NCBI GenBank assembly: GCA_039679675.1 | Contig: JBDKUN010000021.1 | Span: 1 to 64,000 of the forward strand | Direction: 5' to 3' | Source of the DNA: Armatimonadota bacterium | GTDB lineage: Bacteria > Armatimonadota > UBA5829 > DTLH01 | DNA length: 64,000 nucleotides | Shown: in pieces, positions 37,058-46,497 of the stretch | How positions within the stretch are numbered: the first letter of the stretch is position 1 | Layout of the letters: each line of letters starts with the position of its first letter | The notes under the pieces: generated by a model | What the model was told of the DNA's origin: nothing | Seen by the model: the letters and a program-made list of their open reading frames with translations, nothing else | Database searches by the model: none | Position numbers and translations under genes: made by a program

Positions 37058-38152
37058 CTAAATCAATTCAGAAATATATCTCTCCAGCTCTTTTGCACGA
37101 TGAGCGGCAGTGTGCTCTGAAAGCGCCCGAACCCTCGACCGGCTGCCGATTGAGACACGCTCATCTTCCGACACCTCCTGCAGATATGCGAGCGTATCTT
37201 CCGGCGAGTGAGAGATAAGGATTTCTCTTTCCGGTGTGAATAGAGTGTCGAGCCCTTCCCACCAGTCGCTAATGATCGGAATGCCGCAGGCTGCAGCCTC
37301 AAATAGCCTCACACTAGGCGAGTAGCCCGCTTCGACCATATCCGCTCGCGTAACATTCAAAGTGAACCTCTGCGAGTTATAGAAAGCCCGGTGATCGGAT
37401 GGCGGCAGATGTTCCGTCCGTTTTACGTTCGAGGGCCACTTGATAGACTTGGGATACAAAGGTCCGGCAACAACAAACTGGCCGTCCTGCCACTTGCGAG
37501 CAGGTTCGAGCATCAACCGGTCCAGCACCGGCTGCCGGTCATCACTATATGTGCCGAGGTATCCCAGGTCCCATGTAGTTTCACGGATTTCGGGATAATA
37601 CGCGTAAGGATCGAACGAGCAGTAGAGCGGACGTGCCATGGGCGAGCCGTGCTTCTCTTCCAATTGATTCAAGGTCGGCCCCCCGGTAAACGACAGATAA
37701 AGATCGTAGCGCGGTATGAGTTTGGAAGATAAATACTCCTCATCCCCTCGTTTGAGCTTCGCCAGAGTGACTGGCGTATCTATGTCGTAAAAAGCCGTAA
37801 TTCCCCGCGCCGTATTCGTGACCCATTCTCCTACAAGGACACCTTCCGGGACGTACGACCCGACTATTACTACATCTGCATCCCGAACAGTGGAAGTAAA
37901 CCTGTTTTTCAGGTCGGCAAGGCTTGCATAAAGCTCCGCTCGGCCGTATGGCGGAATCGGAAGGTCCCGGTTTGCCTCATACCATGGCACGTTTCGTTCG
38001 AGAAAGAACACACTGTGGCCCCGTTTTACGAGTTCACGCATGAGGCCCCTATAAGTCGTCGCATGCCCGTTTCCCCACGAAGATGTAATCGAAAGACCAA
38101 GAATTACAATATTGAGAGGCCTTGCAGATTTTTCAGAATTATCCATTAGCAT
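37058..38152 (-). CDS. CgeB-like glycosyltransferase
   Basis: SSWGNGHATTYRG, YDIDTP, SPSVRLFEAAACG, HT..HRA. Confidence 0.9.
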   Translation of the reverse strand: MLMDNSEKSARPLNIVILGLSITSSWGNGHATTYRGLMRELVKRGHSVFFLERNVPWYEANRDLPIPPYGRAELYASLADLKNRFTSTVRDADVVIVGSYVPEGVLVGEWVTNTARGITAFYDIDTPVTLAKLKRGDEEYLSSKLIPRYDLYLSFTGGPTLNQLEEKHGSPMARPLYCSFDPYAYYPEIRETTWDLGYLGTYSDDRQPVLDRLMLEPARKWQDGQFVVAGPLYPKSIKWPSNVKRTEHLPPSDHRAFYNSQRFTLNVTRADMVEAGYSPSVRLFEAAACGIPIISDWWEGLDTLFTPEREILISHSPEDTLAYLQEVSEDERVSIGSRSRVRALSEHTAAHRAKELERYISELI

Positions 38153-38160
38153 AGTCTTTA

Positions 38161-39231
38161 TCAGACTCCAAGCAGCGCTTCCAACTGCGCCGCGCGATGC
38201 GAGTAAGTATGTTCAGAAAGGACTCTATCGAGCGCCGCCTGCCCTATCTCACAGGCACGATGCGGTGTGATTTCAGAGAGGTGCGCCACGACATCATCAT
38301 GGTTTCGGGCTACTAGGACCTCAAGATCCGGCTCAAGGAACATTTCTATGCCTTCCCAGTAGTCCGTGATTAGGCATGCCCCCGCTCCGGCAGCTTCAAA
38401 CACCCTCGTAGCCGGAGAAAACCCATAGCGGGCCATGCTCTCCCGGCTGATGTTCAAAACAGCAAGCGGCGTGCAGTTAAACGCGTTATGCTCGTGTGTG
38501 TAGACGTGACCGATATACTCGACATTCGACGGCAGCGATTTGTCATCCCAGCCGTTGCCGCCAAGAAGGAACCTGTGCTCCGGCATGTCTTCGGCGGTCT
38601 TCAAAAAGAACTCTTCTACCCGTGACTCCCGGTCCGGCAGCCTGTTTCCGAGGAATGCTAGGTCGCTTTCGAACTTGAAATTGCATTCGACAGGGTAATG
38701 AGTGGACGGATCGAGCGCGTTGTACACCGGCACGCATATTTTTGCTTTAAGTGCCTTATACGCGTTTACCACCGGATCGCCACCGCCGTAAGTCAGCACC
38801 ATATCGTAGTTCGGTATCAACTCGCGGAACGGATCGGCGGGGTCGGACTGGACTCTATCAAGCGTGGCTGGCGCATCGACATCCCAATATGCTACAAGCG
38901 TCTCATCGCTCTTCATATCGAGCACTTCAGCCTGTAAAAGCTCATCGAAGACCCCCACTCCGCTCGCTTTTACGACCAAATCCGCGCCGCGGGCGTCTCT
39001 CAAACATTTACTGAGCTCGTTTTCATCGTTCGATGAGTAGACTACCACCTTCGCCCAGTCAGGATCAGGAATATCCCGGTGCTCCTGGCGACCGAACGCA
39101 TCAGATTCATAAAACGTGACCCGGTGTCCACGTTCATAAAGCGCCCGGATGATGCCGCGATAGTAAGTCGCCGCGCCGTTCCAGTAAGCCGATACCAGGC
39201 TGGAACCAAAAAATGCGATATTTAGCTTCAT
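38161..39231 (-). CDS. CgeB-like glycosyltransferase
   Basis: SAYWNGAATYYRG, WDVDAPAT, SPATRVFEAAGAG. Confidence 0.9.
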   Translation of the reverse strand: MKLNIAFFGSSLVSAYWNGAATYYRGIIRALYERGHRVTFYESDAFGRQEHRDIPDPDWAKVVVYSSNDENELSKCLRDARGADLVVKASGVGVFDELLQAEVLDMKSDETLVAYWDVDAPATLDRVQSDPADPFRELIPNYDMVLTYGGGDPVVNAYKALKAKICVPVYNALDPSTHYPVECNFKFESDLAFLGNRLPDRESRVEEFFLKTAEDMPEHRFLLGGNGWDDKSLPSNVEYIGHVYTHEHNAFNCTPLAVLNISRESMARYGFSPATRVFEAAGAGACLITDYWEGIEMFLEPDLEVLVARNHDDVVAHLSEITPHRACEIGQAALDRVLSEHTYSHRAAQLEALLGV

Positions 39232-39309
39232 GATGTTTTCCTTGTTGCCTTGCGAATGCTTTGGCGCGCGTAGTTTGCACCGAAGCCAGCTTTACGAATT
39301 AGTACATGA

Positions 39310-39515
39310 TGGACCAGGGGATCCTGTCCTGGGCCCATTTCTCCGGGGCATCCATGCCCCTTGCTATCTCTCGTATCGCCACAGATTAGTGCATGTCCGT
39401 CACCTTCGGTGACGATGGCTCAAAATACCCGTGGTCCGGTAGATCCACGGGTTAGCACGTAGACCGGCCACTACTTCTATTCCGCACTCCACATTTCCCT
39501 CTGTTCCCTATTCCC
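39310..39515. repeat. Intergenic cluster of short palindromes and heptamer repeats
   Basis: ggggcatccatgcccc, gtcaccttcggtgac, acccgtgg..ccacgggt (matches the insert at 17499-17529), tgttccc/tattccc. Confidence 0.7.
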
Positions 39516-39517
39516 TG

Positions 39518-40603
39518 TCATCTGTTCTCTAAGACTCCAAACAACTCATCCACTCTATGAGCGCACGTGTGTTTTTCGAGTATAGTTTTAAGCCCATGTG
39601 CCTTTATCTCGGCGGCAGCTTCCTTGTCATGAAGGAGCGTCCGTAAATGCCGCTTCATTTCGCTCCCATTCGATGCTACAAGAAAGTCCTCGCCAGGAGT
39701 AAATAGCCCTTCGATATCATCCCAGAATGCCGAAACGAGCGGGATCCCGCATGCCAGAGCCTCGAAAACTCGTATTGTCGGGATTCCAGGCAAAGCTGCG
39801 GCATACGGGCGGCGCGGGACATGCACCGTCACACGGTATCCGGCAAATACGGTAGGTACGTCATAGTTCGGGAGCCATCCGCCATAATTGATCCCAGCCG
39901 TAGCAAGTATTCTCTTGCCGTAATCGGGATAACGCACCCCGTGAGCCTGCGCCTTCAGGCAAAGCGATTTCACCGGCTCTATCAGAAACTCCTGAAGCTC
40001 CGCAGTCCGTTCACCATCACCCCAGTTGCCGATCCAGACCAGGTCGCCCTGTCTGGATACTTTCTCGATGTGGTGAAACACTCTGGTATCGGCAGCTTCA
40101 TGCCAGGTCCATACCCTTTCGGCCCAGCCTTTGGAGAGGTAAATGTCGCGGATCACTTCGCCAAATACGAGGACGCCGTCGTAATTCGACAGATCGTACG
40201 CAGCCATATTCTCCGGGTCTGTAGCCGACCGGTGATGTGTATCGTGGAAAAGCAGCTTGTACTTTCCTCCACCATCGCGGTGTTTGCCGATGCGCCGCAC
40301 GAGGTCATGGTCGTTCCATTCGTGGACAATCACCACATCCGCCCCATCGAGCGCTTCACCTAAATCAAGCGAGTTCGGATCATATTTAATACTCTTCAGC
40401 CCCGGATACACCGAATAAAACCTCTTGATTGGAGCTTCGCCGTGCTCCGTGATGAGGTTCTTAAGGCTCCATCCGTCTTCAGGCTCATATACACGGACTT
40501 CGTGTCCACGGGAGAGGAGTTCACTCACTATTCCGCGCAGAAAATGAGCATTGCCGTGGTTCCAGTCCGACACAAGCGAATGATAGAACATTACAAAGCG
40601 CAA
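39518..40603 (-). CDS. CgeB-like glycosyltransferase
   Basis: SDWNHGNAHFLRG, FHDTHHR, PTIRVFEALACG. Confidence 0.9.
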   Translation of the reverse strand: MRFVMFYHSLVSDWNHGNAHFLRGIVSELLSRGHEVRVYEPEDGWSLKNLITEHGEAPIKRFYSVYPGLKSIKYDPNSLDLGEALDGADVVIVHEWNDHDLVRRIGKHRDGGGKYKLLFHDTHHRSATDPENMAAYDLSNYDGVLVFGEVIRDIYLSKGWAERVWTWHEAADTRVFHHIEKVSRQGDLVWIGNWGDGERTAELQEFLIEPVKSLCLKAQAHGVRYPDYGKRILATAGINYGGWLPNYDVPTVFAGYRVTVHVPRRPYAAALPGIPTIRVFEALACGIPLVSAFWDDIEGLFTPGEDFLVASNGSEMKRHLRTLLHDKEAAAEIKAHGLKTILEKHTCAHRVDELFGVLENR

Positions 40604-40887
40604 AGTATTCCCTCCGTTTCAGACAGTGATTAGAATATGCTTACTCATAGTCACTCTCTTCTCATCCACGTGGTGTTTCGGCCTGCTGTTATTCAAAATC
40701 GACGTGAGGATCAACACACTGAAGAATCAAGTGGCCTAAACCTATAAAAGATGATAACCTTACGGGCGAGGTTCTAAACTAGGCCGGGCCTGCGAGTAAG
40801 GATGCAGTATATAGAAAACAACAATTGCAAATAAGCTCGATATTTCGTAGAATAAACAACAAGCATAAAGAAATCCGGAGACCAATA

Positions 40888-41922
40888 ATGAAGCTTGAAG
40901 GCGCTTATACTGCGATTGTTAACCCTCTAACCCCTGATGGGTGTGTTGATTACGATGGACTGATAAAAAACATCGAATTTCAGGTATCACAGGGCATTGC
41001 CGGAGTAGTTCCGGTCGGGACTACGGGAGAATCTCCGACAATCAGCCAGGATGAGCGGAAAGAAACAATCGAGCGCACGATAGCGGCAGCCGCAGGCAGA
41101 TGCAAGGTGATCGCAGGAACCGGCAGCAACTCGACCGAAAAGTGCATTGCAAACACGAAACATGCCGCACAGGCAGGCGTTGACGCAGCGCTTGTGGTCG
41201 ATTGTTATTACAACGGGCCATCTTCGCAGGAGCTCAGGGACGAGTATTACTCAGTTGTCGCGGAAGAGTTTCCCGGTCTCACCATCGTCCCTTATATCAT
41301 CCCCGGACGGACTGGCACAGCTCTTTCTGTCGAAGACCTGGCGATACTTTACGCGAAATATCCGAACATCTCTGCTGTAAAAGAGGCTACCGGCGACCTC
41401 GCGCGGATGGTGTATACGAGAGAGCTTTGCGGCAGGGACTTCAACATTATCTCAGGCGATGACGACCTGACTTACAAGATGATGACCGACCCCAAGATAG
41501 CTGCAGACGGTGTGATCTCAGTCGCTTCTAATGTAATTCCGGGACCGGCACAGGAAATGGTATCCGCAGTCAAAGCTGGCAACCTTCAAAAGGCGGAAAA
41601 ACTGCAGAACGCTCTTGATCCGTTGTTAAAAATAGTCACCGTCAAGGCCGAAAATGAGCGGACACTGCCGGATGGCCGGACTGTCAAGGTCGTCGATAAA
41701 TACCGCAACCCGGTCGCCATAAAGACTTTGATGTCTGCGCTTGGTATGCCTTCCGGCGCGTGCCGAAGGCCGCTCGGCAAAATGACCAAGCCGGGAGTAG
41801 AAGTCGTCCGAAAGGCCATAAAGACCGTATGGGACAACAACCCCGAACTCCTTGCACCAATAGCCGAGTTCTACGGAATCGACATAGAAGCCCGAATCGC
41901 AGACGATAATAACTGGATGTAG
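40888..41922 (+). CDS. dapA: 4-hydroxy-tetrahydrodipicolinate synthase
   Basis: GTTGESPT, AGTGSNST, YYN, YIIPGRTG, VKEATG, SGDD, NPVAIK. Confidence 0.92.
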   Translation: MKLEGAYTAIVNPLTPDGCVDYDGLIKNIEFQVSQGIAGVVPVGTTGESPTISQDERKETIERTIAAAAGRCKVIAGTGSNSTEKCIANTKHAAQAGVDAALVVDCYYNGPSSQELRDEYYSVVAEEFPGLTIVPYIIPGRTGTALSVEDLAILYAKYPNISAVKEATGDLARMVYTRELCGRDFNIISGDDDLTYKMMTDPKIAADGVISVASNVIPGPAQEMVSAVKAGNLQKAEKLQNALDPLLKIVTVKAENERTLPDGRTVKVVDKYRNPVAIKTLMSALGMPSGACRRPLGKMTKPGVEVVRKAIKTVWDNNPELLAPIAEFYGIDIEARIADDNNWM

Positions 41923-42057
41923 ATAACTTCTAGCCACGAAGCACGGAATAAAGAATAAAAGGGGGATAGTAATACCTATCCTATGGCTTACTACCCATTC
42001 CCTTTTTTTCTATCCTTTCGCGTCTTCGTGATAAAAAAGCTATTGGTTATCCTTCCA

Positions 42058-42531
42058 CTATGGTACCCATGTCGGTACGCCGCACTCCGGGCATTCCAGT
42101 TCGGCCAGGTTCACCCGGTCAAGCACAAAATCCTGGTCAGACGAATCTGCATCATCACCTGAGTGTGCAACCCTTATCTCCCCATACCGGTCTGCTGCGA
42201 AGATAGCGGGAGACTCGTCGGCGTATTGTCTGAGCACATCACCGTTTGTGTCCACCAGTACCGGAAACGGCAGGTTCTTACCATAAGTCACATCACTGAC
42301 CGCATCTTTCGGCCCTATTCCGACTGCCAGGATTTCAGTATCAGCATCCTGATAGTCGGAATACCTTTCGGCAAAATCAACCGGTATATCCCTGCATGAA
42401 ATGCAGGCAGCATCGAAGAAGACCAGCACCAAGTTCTTCTTACCTCTGTAATCCGATGGACCCATTATCCGCCCATCTATCGATTCAAGCCGAAAATCCG
42501 GCAGCATCTGACGTTCATTGACTTTTTCCAT
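42058..42531 (-). CDS. AhpC/TSA redoxin-family protein with C-terminal CPEC
   Basis: PDFRL..SDYRGKKNLVLVF, CISC, LPFPVLVD, DRYGEI. Confidence 0.8.
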   Translation of the reverse strand: MEKVNERQMLPDFRLESIDGRIMGPSDYRGKKNLVLVFFDAACISCRDIPVDFAERYSDYQDADTEILAVGIGPKDAVSDVTYGKNLPFPVLVDTNGDVLRQYADESPAIFAADRYGEIRVAHSGDDADSSDQDFVLDRVNLAELECPECGVPTWVP

Positions 42532-42692
42532 AGTAATATCCTCCATTTTGTTTTACCCGTCAAATGCGATAACATAGTGTCAAAAGAGTTGGATACATCA
42601 ATTCGCAAAAATTTGATGAGATAATTTAATGACGCTCAGATTGAGCAAGCTAACTATCGGTTCATATTATGCAAAGCCAGGAGTTATGACAT

Positions 42693-43208
42693 ATGCAAGG
42701 TGTCGAGCGTTATAAAGTCAGAGTATTACCTCATTCTGATGAGTGGGAAGTAGAATTCAAAGAAGCAAAAAAACAACTAATTGGAATATTTGGAGACAAC
42801 GTCGTTGATATACAGCATATAGGAAGCACATCGATTAAGGGGATTTACGCTAAACCCATACTTGACATTGCTGTTGTTCTGCAATCATTTGAAGGTATGA
42901 ATGTAGAAGGAATGCAAAAGGCAAACTATAGTTATTGTGGTGCCCAAAACGAAGAGAAATGCAGGTATCTTTTTGTTTTAAGAGGCAAAGGACAAATATC
43001 ATTGAGGCATGTACATTGCTTCGAGCCGAATAATCTGGAATTTTATAATATGACGCATTTTAGAGATTACTTAAATCAGCACGATGAGTATGCTCGGGAA
43101 TACAGTGATTTGAAGAGAAGTTTAGCGGAAAAATATCCGGACGATCGGAACGCGTATACTGATGAAAAAGGGGAATTTGTGAGAATGATATATGGGAAGT
43201 TACACTGA
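42693..43208 (+). CDS. GrpB family protein
   Basis: HIGSTSI.G..AKPILDI, FRDYL, Y..LK..LA, YT..K; markedly AT-rich. Confidence 0.9.
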   Translation: MQGVERYKVRVLPHSDEWEVEFKEAKKQLIGIFGDNVVDIQHIGSTSIKGIYAKPILDIAVVLQSFEGMNVEGMQKANYSYCGAQNEEKCRYLFVLRGKGQISLRHVHCFEPNNLEFYNMTHFRDYLNQHDEYAREYSDLKRSLAEKYPDDRNAYTDEKGEFVRMIYGKLH

Positions 43209-43273
43209 TAAAATCGAGTATTTGTAAGCATCCGTGCAAAACTCGCTGGGGTGTATTTTGGGAGGAATGGTAA

Positions 43274-43999
43274 ATGACCCATAAAGAGATGGCATCGCAA
43301 ATATCTAGGGAGCTGGGGCTCGTCGAGGAGCCGATTGCGGTCTATTACGCAGACGAAAAACCCGAGCAGGCATTCCAGTGGAACTGCCAGGGAGGCCATT
43401 TCTGCCACATGGGACGTCTGACTGCTGTGATACGAGGGACTCCGCTTGCGGTGGATAGAGAAAACCCCGGATGCGGCGGCGCAGCCTTCTTTTTAGGCTG
43501 GAATGCGGAGATGCAGCCCGGGTTTGAAGAGTTTTTGTCTCATGACGCTGATGGCAAGGGCGAGCGCTACAAAAAGACCCCTGAAATTGCAAAAGCATTT
43601 GTCGAAAAGCGCAGTTTCGTGCCTGCAAACGGCCGGTACTGTATATTTCAACGGCTCGAAGACCTGCCGGAGAAAATTACACCCGAGGTTATAGTCCTCT
43701 ACGGCGATGCGGACGACATGAGCGGGCTTTTGGGGCTGGCGAACTATGGGCGGAAAAACCAGGCTGTGATCGCACCGTTTTCTTCGGGCTGTGGGAGCAT
43801 TGTAAGCGAGCCGCGAGCGCAGGGACTGGGGCCAGAGCCTAAAGCAGTCCTTGGGATGTTCGACCCATCCGCAAGGGGAAGCGTAAACAAGAATTACCTC
43901 ACATTTTCAGCGCCGTGGCAGATGTTTATAGAAATGCTTGAGAACATACCGGGAAGCTTTCTGGAGATAGACCCGTGGCTTAAGTTAAGGAATAGATAG
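43274..43999 (+). CDS. DUF169 family protein
   Basis: CGGA.FFLG, GERYKKTPE, APFSSGC, LGMFDPSAR. Confidence 0.8.
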   Translation: MTHKEMASQISRELGLVEEPIAVYYADEKPEQAFQWNCQGGHFCHMGRLTAVIRGTPLAVDRENPGCGGAAFFLGWNAEMQPGFEEFLSHDADGKGERYKKTPEIAKAFVEKRSFVPANGRYCIFQRLEDLPEKITPEVIVLYGDADDMSGLLGLANYGRKNQAVIAPFSSGCGSIVSEPRAQGLGPEPKAVLGMFDPSARGSVNKNYLTFSAPWQMFIEMLENIPGSFLEIDPWLKLRNR

Positions 44000-44111
44000 A
44001 GATTCACGCAGAATGTGGAGATTTACAGCATCTATTCTTATGCTACGAGTCTCCACCATTCACTTCTGTTCCATATTCCCGTAATCTGTTTCCTATGGTA
44101 TCATCTTCCAC

Positions 44112-44945
44112 ATGAGAAGCCTTAGAAACAAAACAGTGGTAATAACCGGAGCATCGAGCGGGATCGGGCGCGCAGCGGCGCTTGCATTCGCCAGACGAGG
44201 GTCTAATATCGTGCTTGCAGCGCGCCGGGTCGATATGCTGGAAGAGGCCAAGGCCGAGGTCGAGAGCCTTGGCGTTAAGGCGCTTGTCGTCCCAACCGAT
44301 GTTACAGATCTATGGCAGGTTCAGCGGCTGCTCGATGCGTCCATCGAGCACTTCGGACAGATCGATGTACTTGTGAATAATGCCGGGGCGGGAATTTTGG
44401 GCTCATTTATCGAGACTCCTATCGAGAATATAAAGCAGCTTTTCGACCTGAACGTTATTGGAGCTGCCGCAGTGATGCAGGCAGGGCTTAAAACAATGGA
44501 GCGTCAGGGCTGGGGCGTCGTGTTGAACGTCTCCTCGGTCGGAGGAATACTTCCAACCCCCTATATGTCGATCTATAATGCCACAAAAGCCGCGCTGACA
44601 GCTCTTTCGGAGTCGGCAAACGCGGAATACTTCGGCACCCCAATTAAAATAGTAGCATTCTGTCCGGCTATGACCGCCTCGGAGTTCGGAAAATCGACTA
44701 AGCGGGTCGGAAGATACCAGCAATGGGTCGACGCAGGCGGAAAGATGAAAGCATCCTCGGAATGGGTCGCAGACAGGCTGGTGAAAGCTGCACTCAAGCC
44801 AAAACCACTGATCATGCTCGGTTGGTTCTCACTTCCAAGCCTGATCATAAAACTCCTCACTCCCCCACTTTACTACCATATCATCAGGTTGTACAAGGAC
44901 AGAATGGAGAAGGAGAACCCGGAGGAACAACAAAACCGACGGTAG
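44112..44945 (+). CDS. SDR family oxidoreductase
   Basis: TGASSGIG, NNAG, YNATK. Confidence 0.92.
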   Translation: MRSLRNKTVVITGASSGIGRAAALAFARRGSNIVLAARRVDMLEEAKAEVESLGVKALVVPTDVTDLWQVQRLLDASIEHFGQIDVLVNNAGAGILGSFIETPIENIKQLFDLNVIGAAAVMQAGLKTMERQGWGVVLNVSSVGGILPTPYMSIYNATKAALTALSESANAEYFGTPIKIVAFCPAMTASEFGKSTKRVGRYQQWVDAGGKMKASSEWVADRLVKAALKPKPLIMLGWFSLPSLIIKLLTPPLYYHIIRLYKDRMEKENPEEQQNRR

Positions 44946-44959
44946 GTAGCAGATACAGA

Positions 44960-45265
44960 TTCGACACCTGCGGTGTCGGCTTCGGCGGCAAGCAGTCCGA
45001 AGCAACTAGCGATCACAACGTCATTCCGAGCTTGACTCGGAATCCAGGAAGAAAATGGACCCTGAATCTATGGATTTTCGGCTATAGCCGAAAATCTTCC
45101 GGGCGAGTTTCAGGTATAACCTGAAACTCCATAGTTCAGGGTGACGTGGTGGTTGTTCGGGATGATGTCCTTGTTGTTCAGGGAGATGTATTTGTCATTC
45201 AGAACGATGTCTTTACTGATAGCTGACGGCTGAATGCTAATAGCTTTTCTGCTCCCTATTCCCCA
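44960..45265. repeat. Repeat mosaic: module C, module A with nested element D, degenerate 21-bp tandem units
   Basis: C 44960-45005; A about 45014-45148; D 45068-45134; between convergent genes. Confidence 0.85.
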
Positions 45266-45269
45266 AAAC

Positions 45270-46232
45270 CTAGTACTCTACGACTGCGCGTTCGCGGTCC
45301 TGAAGTATTTTTTCGATCTGTAAAAACTCCTCTTCGGATATAACTAAGTCGGATGCGGCGGCATTTTCTTCTATCTGCTCTATTTCGGTCGCTCCCGTGA
45401 TACAAGAAGTGATTTCAGAATGACTGAGCACCCAGGCGAGCGCAAGCTGGGACAGAGTTGCTTTCTTTGAATGAGCAACTTCTGCAAGTGACTGGAGCGC
45501 CTTAACATTAGCCGGGTTGAGCCAGCGGCAGCCCTCTTCAGTACCGTAAAGCCTGGATCCGTAAGGCGCTTCACCAGACAGATACTTTTCGGAAAGCAAT
45601 CCCTGCTCCAGAGGGCTCCAGACGATAATACCGATGCCCTCTTCTGCACAGTGGGGCATCAGCCCGAACTCTATATCTCTCTGGAACATATTGTAACGCG
45701 GCTGAAGCGAAGCAAACCTCGGCAAACCAAGCGCATCAGACACATCGAGCGCATTGTCCAGCTCATCGACGCTGTAGTTCGAGCAACCGGCGTACAAGAC
45801 CTTGCCCTGGATCATCAGTATATTCATAGCCTCAAGAGATTCCTCCATGGGGGTTTCTTCATCCGGCCAATGGAACTGGTAGAGATCGATATAGTCCGTC
45901 CCAAGCCTCTTCAGGCTGTTGTCTACGGATTCCATGATGTGCTTTTTGCTCAGACCTTCGCCGTTCGGGCCATCCCACATCATACCCCGGCACTTCGTTG
46001 CGATGACCACCTGCTCACGGGGTTTTGTTTTGAGCCATGTACCCAGTATTTCCTCAGCGCGGCCATGCGCATACACATCCGCTGTGTCGTAAAAATTGAT
46101 TCCAAGTTCCCAAGCTCGCTCGCAAATAGCATGTGCCGCATCTTCATCCAGTTTCCGGCCCGATGTCAGCCAGTTTCCGAGCGATATTTCTGAAACCTTC
46201 AGCCCGGCTTCTCCCAGTCGTCTGTAGTTCAT
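45270..46232 (-). CDS. Aldo/keto reductase (Kv-beta-like)
   Basis: GLKVSEISLGNW, DTADVY, IATK, DLYQFHW, WSPLEQGLL. Confidence 0.93.
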   Translation of the reverse strand: MNYRRLGEAGLKVSEISLGNWLTSGRKLDEDAAHAICERAWELGINFYDTADVYAHGRAEEILGTWLKTKPREQVVIATKCRGMMWDGPNGEGLSKKHIMESVDNSLKRLGTDYIDLYQFHWPDEETPMEESLEAMNILMIQGKVLYAGCSNYSVDELDNALDVSDALGLPRFASLQPRYNMFQRDIEFGLMPHCAEEGIGIIVWSPLEQGLLSEKYLSGEAPYGSRLYGTEEGCRWLNPANVKALQSLAEVAHSKKATLSQLALAWVLSHSEITSCITGATEIEQIEENAAASDLVISEEEFLQIEKILQDRERAVVEY

Positions 46233-46497
46233 TCTACCTCCGATCCTGCAGGCTGAGGGGTTATAACCTGCTCAGGAGGTTAATACCCGCAAATCCACCT
46301 CCTTAATATTCCGTCGCTCTTTCTTTACACTTTTTTATGTGATGTGTTATTCTAATAAGCGTGATCTGCTGTGTATGAGTACAAATGCCGGTTTTGTAGC
46401 CAATGCATTAGTTTTTCAGCAACTCATACAGCGATCATCTAAAATCCTTTTGACCTTCAAGTGATCCTCATCACCAAAGGTTATGGAAGGCAATTCC

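Noticed and set aside
46375..46464. Attenuator leader peptide or lysine riboswitch before lysC
   Set aside because: The short ORF is not enriched in Lys/Thr/Met and the L-box consensus is absent
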